From assembly GCF_009914755.1 (NCBI RefSeq), contig NC_060926.1: a stretch of 64,000 bases of DNA; one strand, written 5' to 3'. Position 1 is the first letter of the stretch; every line of letters starts with the position of its first letter. Positions 54,102 through 64,000 of the stretch are shown one piece after another. The DNA is from the human T2T-CHM13v2.0 reference genome, Homo sapiens. The notes beneath the pieces are model-generated. The model had not been told where the DNA came from. It worked only from the letters and a program-made list of their open reading frames with translations, and searched no databases. The position numbers were made by a program, and so were the translations under genes.

Positions 54102-55642
54102 TAATTTAATTTATTCCTGAGTTTTCTGTGATGGGTTGCTTTTATCCCATCTCATAAAGAGAGAGACTTCAGTTTAGCAAAAGACACTTTTAAAGAGAGA
54201 ACATTAAAAACTGTGTAACTGTATAATCAATGCCTCATTTTGGTTCATTAGTCAAGAGACAACATGCACAGAGTAGGCTATTCAAGCCGTGTGCCTTGAT
54301 CATTGCATTTTTCTGAGGGAAATGACCACTTCCACAAACGGCTGCTCTAATGAAGCAATCCATGCCTGCCCTGTTCTTACCTCTGGGGCTACAGATGGTT
54401 GGTTGATAAGCAGTATCAAATTCAGGAATAATTAATTCATATAAACTGATCAATGGCATATAAGGGGCTTTTATTTTTTTTGAAAGTTGATCCCACATAG
54501 GGGAGAAAGGAATTAACTTAATTATTACTCTGAAGAATTTGAACCAAAGATGTTAGACTCTTTAGCTGATTAGGGAAAAAGGAAAAGCTAAAGAACACAC
54601 ATAGAGAAGTTGGAAACTGTGGACCATGAGTAAGCTGTAGTCAGGCAGAGCCATGAATATGTGTGTTGGAATTCTGAATAATCAATCACAACTTTACAGG
54701 AGAATGTGGGAATAGTGAGTGGTAGAAATAGGAGGGGACATGTGAGTGATGATGTAATTTTATTAGATTGGTGATAATTAAAAAGGGTTTAGCTTTCTGC
54801 GAATTTATTAAATAAAATAAAATTATGTTAATTTATTTTTGAAATAAAATATCTATTTTGTGTACTTTCCTGTATATTTGATATATCAATTTAGAAAAAT
54901 TAAAAACATGATGTGCTGTTTTTACATACAGGAACATGAATGAGGACTCTAGACAGAGAGAGAAACATAAGCCAAGGAAGAGATGATAAGTAGCAAAGCC
55001 CTCACAGGAAATTTCAAAGACTTCATCATGAACAGATATGAGAGGATACAATACAGTAGAATTTCACTTTTTTTTAAGAATAGGAATCTTTAGCTGTATG
55101 AAGCTCAATTGAGAACACAAGTAATGAACATCATTATTCTCCAGATTTTTAATATCACATACCTATCAGTAAATATTCTGTGCATGTGCCCTCTGTATAT
55201 TGATTTTGTAATTCATAAATCTTATACATACTATTGCTAATACACAATATAATTTTGTGCATGTTTTATGTGCATCATAAAACATATATAAAAATAGAAC
55301 GTCATAAAGAAACACATGAGTAGAAATTTTACCATTTTCTTTTAGCGCCTCAGATCACCTTTAGCATGCCTCTTTGGAGAGTGGACTATGAAGTCAGCCT
55401 GAACAGAGTTTCTCCATGGTTCTATATATTAATTTAAGGGCAGAATCCTTGTTATAAGAACTAACCTTTGAAAGCACTCAGAGGAAGACAGCGTGAGTCT
55501 TTGACAAGCATCCATCCATCCATTTTAATTAGAAACACCTCTTCCTTGGATTTACTTTTTGGTAGAAAGTTCATGGAGGAAATAAATCTTGATTTGAGTC
55601 TTGAGAGGCTCGTTAAATTGTTAAAGGAACAATATCAAACCA

Positions 55643-56048
55643 GCGATGGTTTGGATGTTTGTCCTCTCCAAATCTCATGTTAAAATCGGATCCCTACTGT
55701 TAAAGGTGGGGCCTAGTGAGAAGTGTTTGTGGGGAGATACTTAATGAATAGATTAATGCCTTTTCTCCAGGGCGAGTTAGCTCTCACTCTTAGTTCCCTC
55801 AAGAGCTGGTTGTTAAATATAGCCAAGCATCCCCACTCCCACTTCTCCTGCTTCCTCTCTCCCCATGTGATCTCTACACACACCTGCTCCCTTCACCCTC
55901 CACCATGAATAGATGCAGCCTGAGACCCTCACCAGATGCAGATGCCCAATCTTAAATTTTCTATCCATCAGAATTGTGAACCAAATTTTTTTTTAAATAA
56001 ACCACTAGCTTCAGGTATTCTTTTACAGCAACACAAAATAATTCAGGT
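55643..56048 (+). mobile_element. MST (MSTA/MSTB-like) MaLR solo LTR
   Basis: gatggtttggatgtttgtcctctccaaatctcatgtt...ggtggggcctagtg...accagatgcagatgccc...tcaggtattcttttacagcaacacaaaa. Confidence 0.88.
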
Positions 56049-56120
56049 ATAATACTAATTTAGTATATGAGTGGTGATGTAATTAGATTTCTTAACCTTG
56101 GTGATAATTAAAAAGGGTTT

Positions 56121-56290
56121 AGCTGGACACAGTGGCAAATACCTGCAGTCCCAGGGATTCTGGAGGCTGAAGCGGGAGGATCACCTGAGTCCCAGGAGTT
56201 AAAAGCCAGCCTGGACAACACAGTGAGACCTGGTCTCAAAAATAATTCATTTTAATTTAAAAATAAATAAACTAATCAAAAATTCAAAAA
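56121..56290 (+). mobile_element. FLAM / Alu monomer
   Basis: agctggacacagtggc...ggaggctgaagcgggaggatcacctgagtcccaggagtt...gtgagacctggtctc plus A-rich tail; degenerate TSD aaaaagggttt / aaaaatgttt. Confidence 0.85.
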
Positions 56291-56916
56291 TGTTTAGCTT
56301 CCTGTTGATTCATTGAGTGGAACATCGATGTTTTGTGCACTTGTCTATATATTTGATACATCAAAAGTGGAAATTTGAAAATGGAGAAGTTTGGAACATC
56401 TCAAGTCACAGATTCCATGGGGAAATAATGTTGAGGACATTTGTTAAAAACTATCATATATGCTTTCCTGGAAAGACTAGCAGGACAGCAAAACTATCTG
56501 GATAGTTGAAGAGTTAGTAATATGGCAAATAAGTGGGCTTCAACGTTAGGATTTTCATTTACATAAAACAAACAGGAGATGCACCTCATGCTACTACCAC
56601 ATAAATGAGTTTCATAGAGAATGTTTTAGAAGCTAGAGGAATCCTTTGAATTAGTTGCCATCTCTATATCAGCAGTGGCTGAATTATGCATGAAGGTAAT
56701 AGTAACTGAAATGAAGACTCCACAGCTTGCTCAAAGAAAATAAAAAACATACAGTTTCAGAAAGATACAAACATATCTGCTCTTACTTAAATAATGCTGA
56801 TAACATGCACATTTTACTTCAGTGATTAAACAGTATCTTAAGTCAGCACTTAAAAAAAAAAACACTACTTCTGGTTTCAGTTCTGACACATAAAATGCTT
56901 AAAAATCATCATACTC

Positions 56917-57179
56917 AATCCCAGCACTTTGGGAGGCCGAGGCAGGAGGATCACGAGGTCAGGAGTTCAAGACCAGCCTGACCAACACGGTGAAACTCCG
57001 TCTCTACTAAAAATACAAAACTTAGCCAGGCCTGGTGGCACACCCCTGCAATCCCAGCTACTCAGGAGAATCGCTTGAACCCAGGAGACAGAGGTCGCAG
57101 TGAGCCGAGATCGTGCCACTGTACTCCAGCCTGGGCGACAGAGCGAGACTCCGTCTCAAAAAAAAAAAAAAAAAAAAAA
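56917..57179 (+). mobile_element. AluS (Sg-like), 5'-truncated, with a short internal deletion
   Basis: Starts at aatcccagcacttt; ctcaggagaatcg lacks the usual gaggctgaggc segment; long A-tail. Confidence 0.93.
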
Positions 57180-57398
57180 TCACTCATTCTTACAACAAGA
57201 AAAAGCAGAATAAACTGAATGTCAATAACTTCTTGGACTGACTGAAGTTTTAATACAAAGTGTTGCCCTGAAATCGTGAGAAACAGGTGACTCTAGAGAG
57301 CCACAGCTGAGTTCTTTTTACCTGGAGCAGAAGCTGCTGAATCCATTACCTGGGAAGAACACTTAAATGTTAACTTTTACAAATTTCTGGAGGTAAAG

Positions 57399-58253
57399 TG
57401 TTAAAAGAGAAAACAGCTGTTTTTCTCTATTTGCACAAAACACATCTGACAGGAAATTGGTGAGAATTTCCCTCACATTAAGCAATTCTCCAACTTTCAG
57501 GGAACCAAAGGGCGTCTTATAATTCAATTATGACACTAAATACCAAGAGTTAGCACAGACTCCACAGCTTAAGGGTTCAATCCCACAATATTGCCCCTGC
57601 TTCAGATGTCAGGTGCAAGTCCCAGGTTGTGACCTGTGTTTCTGACCAACCAGCTATAAACTGGGAGTTACCCTTCCCAGTTTTGGTAATTTACTAGAAT
57701 AGCTCAAACATCTGAGGATGGCACTTTACTCACTATTCCCAATTTATTATAAGAGAAACCACGACTCGGGAGTAGGCAAACTGAAGAGATGCATGGGACA
57801 CCGTAGGTGGGAGGGGCATGGAGCTTCCGTGCTGTCTCTAAGCATTACCCCTCCTAGCATCTGAATGAGTGTATTTGCCAACACAGAAGCCCTCTGAACC
57901 ACATTACATAAAGTTTTAATGAAGATCTCATTATGTAAACATGGTCAATTAGATCATTGGTCATTGATGATTGGACCTAATCTCCTGCCCCTCTCCCTTC
58001 CATGGAATTCTAGAGGTGGGCCTAATCACGTAACTGATTCCTCCGGCCACCATCCACCATCCACCAAGAGTCAGCAATTTGTATAAATTCAGGTATTGTT
58101 GAAAAGGAATTATAATAAATAATGAAAGACATTCCTCTCACTCTATCACTTAGGAAATTCCAAGGGTTTTAGGACTCGGGGTGAAGTCCCCGAGTGCTAG
58201 ACACTCGGGGTGAAGATCAAATATGTTCTTCTTCTTATATGAAAATTATCACA
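57399..58253 (-). mobile_element. MER21-type solo LTR
   Basis: gagttagcacagactccacag...ttcagatgtcaggtgcaagtcccaggttgtgacctg...ttctgaccaaccagctataaa...aggaaattccaagggttttagg...atcaca. Confidence 0.85.
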
Positions 58254-58663
58254 ACTGTAAACTAATGTGAGAGACAGAAACTACTGGGGGTCTCTGCCCT
58301 AGAATATCCCCTGACTTTTGGGGTTTTTACCTCTAGAAATCCTACCAGGTTCTTACAATGAGGACCAGAGAAATATTTCCTTGTAGCTTTTTCAGGGGAA
58401 GGGAAAGAGAAACCATTGTGAAATGCTCAGAGTGGTATACATAACCAAAGACTGCATGCCAGAGGAAAATACTTTTACCAGAGCTTTATCCCATCTGGGG
58501 AAAGGTCATTTCTCCCACTCCACCCTTCTTCAGCCTTCTTGCCTCATCCATGATGGAGATAAGGTACCACTGGTGGGAGGAAACAAACTTGCAAAGTTCA
58601 CAACTGAGAGACACAGGCTTACTAAAAGATGGAGATTTACTTTTTAATATTGTAGAACCCTTC

Positions 58664-59567
58664 TGCTTTGATTATTTCATTTCACCCTCTTGGTAAAAGA
58701 AGGCTTACACCTTAGAGTTAGGAGAATGTTAGAACATGCAACATCCAACATGGGACAGGTGAAATCAAAAGCAATTTACTAGTCACATATACCCACAGCC
58801 TAGAGGAGGAGGACATTGTAAGACATGCAAAGTCACGTGGCGTTTGTACTCAGTAATATATTGAATAAGCGGGGTCTATGGGTACCAGGCTTTGTACTAT
58901 CAAGGGGGTTAAGGTGCCCTCTGGTTCCCACGGAAGATGTGATTGGCTTCTTCAAATTATTCTGCAGGCTGGCAGGGAACTGAAGCCCATGCAGCAATAG
59001 GCAAGCATTGTTACAAGAAAAACTTGAGACCATTACATCCTCCTCCAAATTGGGAAGAAACTGAGGGACCAAAGAATGACCCAGGCAACTCCAGCATGAA
59101 GAGTAGATGAACTTATTAGGACTTATATACAGGGCATTCCTGGACAGCAGTAGGACAGTCAAGAGGTCCACACCATCTCCTGACTCGAAACTGCTTTTAA
59201 GCTAATTTTCTAGTTCTTTGCCTACTGTGTTTGAGTGATGAAGCTGTTTTCTTTGGTAGGTTCTCAGAAACTCTCTGGGATGTTTGGGTTCTCAAGGACA
59301 CCAGCTCTTTGGCTGAGCAACATAGCCTTGGCTCATTACCCAGCCTTCAGACTTCAGGCAGCCAAAGTACACCCTTAAGTAACCTGGTGGGGGACTCTTC
59401 ATACTGTAAATGTCATGCTGTGTCACTGTGGCAAGGAGGGTTATTTGACTAGTGGACTTTATCCACAGGAGCACAATGGGTAAGGGGACTGTGATTAAAA
59501 CATTCACAACATATCCAGTTTCAGGTGCCAGGTAGTACATGGTATTAATTTTAGGCCATGTACCACA
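58664..59567 (-). mobile_element. MER54-like ERVL solo LTR
   Basis: ctggttcccacggaagatgtgattggcttcttcaaattattc...ggctggcagggaactgaagccca; TG...CA ends; TSD-like ccttc / acttc. Confidence 0.75.
59009..59409 (-). mobile_element. LTR47-like solo LTR nested in the MER54-like LTR
   Basis: tgttacaagaaaaactt...actgcttttaagctaattttct...gggatgtttgggttctca...acccttaagtaacctggtgggggac. Confidence 0.8.
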
Positions 59568-60639
59568 ACTTCCCTCCCCACATCTTACTACCACACCAAC
59601 AGAGACTCAGTATAACAGTAGTGAATCACAAGTGAAACAGCTGCAAGAGACACACTCTCTCTGATGAGGGTGAGTGCTCAGGGAAGCTCACAGTCAAAAT
59701 TGGAGAAAAAAAGACTCTAGAGAAACTTGAAGCCTTTGACACTCATAACTACAACAAACGTCAAACCCAGCACAACTCCTAGTCTGATTAAAATAAATTC
59801 TCACATTTTTCCCCAGTTTCTATTACCTGATGAACCATACCTGGTCTTCAACACAAAAAATTAGTTAGAATGTCAAAATATAAGAAAAAAATTGTGATGA
59901 AATGAAGCAAGCAGCAGAGCCAGGCTCAGATATGCCACAGACAATGAAATTATCAGAAAATCAATGTAAAACAACTGAAGTTAATATGGTAAGGGCTCCA
60001 ACGGAAAAAAGCAGCAACAATCAACAACAGATGAATAATGTAAGGAGAGATACGGAAATTTTAAGAAAGGCAATACTAGAAATCAAAAGCACTGTAAAAA
60101 GTGAAGTATAGCTTTGAAGAATGAGCTCATCAGTAGACTGGACACAGCTGAGGACAAACAAATGAAAAAGTCAATGAACTTGAAGATAAGTCAGTAGAAT
60201 CTTCCCAACCTGAAATACAAACAGAAAAATATAATTTTAAAAAAATATAATACATCCAAAAATGGGGCACTAATTTCAAAAGGCTTAACATAAATGTTAT
60301 GAGAATATCAGAAGGAAAAGAAGAAATAATCCAAGTAGAGAAAATATTTGTGGTAATCCAGGCTGATAATTGTCCAAAATTAATGACAGACACTAAATCA
60401 TAGATCTAGGAAACTCAATGAACAAGAAGCAGGAGAAATAACACAAAAAAAGCTACACCTAGAGATGCCATATTCAAAATACAGAGACAACACAAAACCT
60501 TGAGAGAAGAGAGAGGGGGGGAAATTAAACACCTTACCTAGAGAGGAAAACGGACAAGTACTGATGTGAACTCATCAGAATTCATGAAGGTAGGAATAGA
60601 ATAGAGTAAACTATTTTAAAGTTTGGCAGGAATACAACC

Positions 60640-63600
60640 ACCATGCTAGGATTTATGAATTTCTGGAGGCTCAGTGAGGGCAACAGAGAGTTAAAATCTC
60701 CAGAGGTCCCCAGTCATAGGAAGGCCCCTATATTTTTGTGAGTTTTACCTCCAGGAGCTCTACCAGGTCTGCACAGGAAATATAAGAGAAAAATCTTCTC
60801 ATCCCTCTGGAAGAGATGAGGGGAAAAGGAATGATTTTGAAATACACCAGAGCATTCTGTTTTCTTACAGTATCCCCTCGGAAAAGAACTATTTCACCAG
60901 AGCCTAAACTTCTGGACTTTACCAAGGCCTAACTGACCTGGGGAAAGAAGACCAACTCCAGCCCCCTCTAAGCCTTGTATATGGAAAAAGGGAAATACCC
61001 ACTCCAGCCCACTCCAACCACCCTATCCCACCTAATGAGGGAGGGATGGTGACTAAGGAGCACATACGAAGTTCACATTTTAGAGGCACAGGCTACTAAA
61101 AGACTGAGATCACAGGATTATAGAACGTTTCCCTGCCCCCCACACCTTACCCTCATTACTAAAGCTTATTTACAGCACTTCCTCTCACCCAGCACATCAT
61201 GTCTGGATATCAAGAGAAAACTATGAGACACACTAAAAGGCAAGAAACACACAGTTTGAAGAGACAAAGCATGGCATCAAAGCCAGACCCAGATATGACA
61301 GCGGCATTGGAATTAACAGCCCTGAATTGTAAAACACTGTGATTACTATGCTAAAGGGTCTAATGAATAAAGTAGACAATATGCAAGAGCATATGGGCAA
61401 TGTAAACAGAGAGATGGAAAGACACAAGACACACATAGAACAAAATGTGAGATGGCAAAAGTAAATCCAACTATATCAATACTAACATTGAAAGTAAATA
61501 GATTAAGCAACCTAACTGAAAGGCAGTAATCGTTAGGCCAAATAAAAATCAAGATACAACTATATATTGTGTACGAGAAACATACTTTGGTCTCAAAGAT
61601 AAATAGACAAAAAGTAAGAGGATAAAAGAAAATGCCACATAAATAGCCACCACAAGAAAGCAGAAATGGTTATAATAATAACAGTAAGAAATAAATGTTA
61701 AAGTAAAAAGGAAATATCAATAGAAATAAGAGGGACATTTTATAATGATAAAAGGCTAAATGTGTTAGAAAAACACATTAATTATGAGTATATACACACC
61801 TAAGAACAGAGCACCAAAATGTATGTAACACAACCGACAGAATAAAAAACAGTTTAACAATGAAAGTTGGAGTCAATAATCTGGTTTTAATAATGACAAT
61901 CATATTTTCTTAGATATGAAAAAACAGGTAGGCAGAAAATCAACATGTAATAAAAGATTTTAACAATATAAGCCAAGTAGGCTTCACAAACATCAATAAA
62001 CCCTCCATCTAACAACTGCAGAATATACAATCTTCTCAAGTGCACATGGAACATTCTCTAGGAAATGCCATATGCACATAGCACAAATATCAATAATTTA
62101 AAATGGAAACAATATAAAGTATGTTCTCCGACAATAATGGAACAAAATGAAAAATCAGTAACAGAAAGACATCTGGGATACTCACAAATATGTGGAATTG
62201 AACAGTACACTGCTAAGTAACACATGGATCAAAGAAGACATCCAAAAGAAAATTAAAAATACTTTGAAATGACTTAAAATAAAGACACACTTCAGAATAT
62301 TTATGAAATGCAGCTGAAGCAGTGTTTTGAGAAAAACTTATAGCTGTAAATGCTGACAGTAAAAAAAATAAAAGAAAATTCAAATCAATAACAACCTACT
62401 TTAAGGCACTGCAAAAAAAAAAAAATGAAAAAAAAAACTGAACCCAAAGCAAGTGGAAATAAAGAAATAATAAAGGTTAGGCAACAGAATTATGAAACAG
62501 AATAGAAAAGCAGTAGAGAAAGTTAATGCAAGCAAACATGTTTCGTTGAAAATCTCAACAAAATGGACAGAATATCAAAAAATACTTCAGCTAGACTGAC
62601 CATAAAAAAGGCTCAAATAAATTGGAAATGAGAGATCATTAATATAACCTTACAGAAATAAAAAGAATTTCAAGAAATGCTTGAAAAATTGTATGTTAAT
62701 AATTAATTCAATAAAATGGACAATTTCCTAGAAAAACACAAATATAGAATAATAATAATAATGATCCAGACAGAAAAGCCCAGGGCCAGACAGCCTCCCT
62801 GGTGAATTCTACAAAACATTTTTTAAAAAAATTAATGGACATAGTTTTTTCAAAAAAATCATTTAAAAATAGAAGGGGTGTGACCGCTACTCAGTTTATT
62901 CTATGAAGCTAATAGTACCTTGATACCAAAACCAAAGCAATGTATCACAACATAAAAGACTGCAAATGAATATTCCTTTTGTATATAGACATAAAAATCT
63001 TAAACAAAATACTAGCAAATACAATTTAGCAAATTAGAAAAGCCTTGTGGAATTTATCTCAGAAATGCAAAGTGGCTTTAATAACCAGACATCAATTAAT
63101 TTTATACACCATATCAATGAAATAAAAGTTGAAAGTCACATAATCATCCCAGTAAACACAGAAAAAGCATTCACAAAATCCAACATCCTTTTATAATAAA
63201 ATCCCTCAACAAATTAGAAATAGATGTGAACTTCCACAACTGGATAAAAAAAAATTTCCCCACCACGCCAAAAAAAAACCATAGCTCACATAATACTTAA
63301 TGCTAAATGACTGGATGCTTTCCCCCTAAAATGAGAAAGAAATTGTACAATTTCATTGTTTCTATTCAATACTGTAGTAGAGATTCTAGCCAGGGTAATT
63401 AGATAAGAAAACAATGGGCACTCAAATTAGAAAGAAAGAAAATTATTTCTACTTGCAGATGATATTATATTGTATATAAAAATCTTAAAGAGTCCACTAA
63501 AAAGTGATTATAAACAATTAAAAAGGTTGTAAGATGTAAGATTAATAAATAAAAATCAATTGTATTTCTGTGCATTAGTGATGAGGAATATGAAAATAAA

Positions 63601-64000
63601 TTAACAGAATAATTTCATTGACAACAGCATATAAAAATACTTAGAACTTAATTTAAAACAAGTGCAAAACTTATTTTTACTACTTATATTTCAGGAAGTA
63701 ATGATACCAATTTACTACAATGTATTACAGAATATGAACTCTATGATCTATCATTATCATCATATAAAAACTGGATAAAGACAAATAAAACTACAGAGAT
63801 ATAGCTCTCATAAACATTCATGTAAAAATCCACAACAAAATAGTAGCAAGTTTAATCTAACAAAGAATAAATAAATGGTATTATACACCATAAGCAAGCA
63901 GGATTTATTCTGGGTATGCAAGGCTGGTTAAACTTTTAAAAATCAATTAATATAATCCTTCACATCAATAAGCTAGAGAGGAAATATCACATAACTGCAT
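60640..64000 (+). mobile_element. Second L1M copy: 5' region, mostly deleted ORF1, degenerate ORF2 (EN/RT), then a further ORF2 fragment
   Basis: ORF2 start-like atggcaaaagtaaatccaactatatcaatactaacattgaaagtaaat at ~61452; ttctcaagtgcacatggaacattctc, cttgcagatgatattat (FADD-like); RT-region sequence recurs at ~63710-64000. Confidence 0.85.

Larger units (their letters stand above)
56865..60640 (+). mobile_element. Old L1M (L1MC/MD-type) 5' region and ORF1 remnant, interrupted by an Alu and three LTRs
   Basis: 5'-end-like cttctggtttcagttctgac...; ORF1-like A-rich region 59890-60620 (agtagactggacacagctgagga...tgaacttgaagataagtcagtagaa). Confidence 0.7.

Overview
This is primate, almost certainly human, non-coding DNA (intergenic or deep intronic). 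It is AT-rich, CpG-poor and dominated by decayed interspersed repeats: several Alus including a human-specific AluYb8, old L1M and young L1PA pieces, L2/MIR, MaLR/ERV1/ERVL solo LTRs, MER5 and a near-full-length Tigger1. I found no credible protein-coding gene, RNA gene or CRISPR array. The listed ORFs are repeat-derived or chance, and only the Tigger1 transposase and L1 ORF remnants resemble known proteins. Repeat subfamily names come from my recall of consensus sequences, and boundaries of old elements are approximate. The most notable structure not explained by repeats is a ~250-bp, ~96%-identical inverted duplication (40956-41205 / 41818-42068, 612-bp spacer) whose right arm is flanked by a 13-bp direct repeat; it is a candidate templated inverted insertion and possible polymorphic inversion. 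Also notable are a (GT)10(GC)13 Z-DNA/palindrome tract, a small fold-back triplication inside a MER21 LTR, and a short dispersed duplication split by an Alu monomer. I see no evidence for a new multi-gene biological system.
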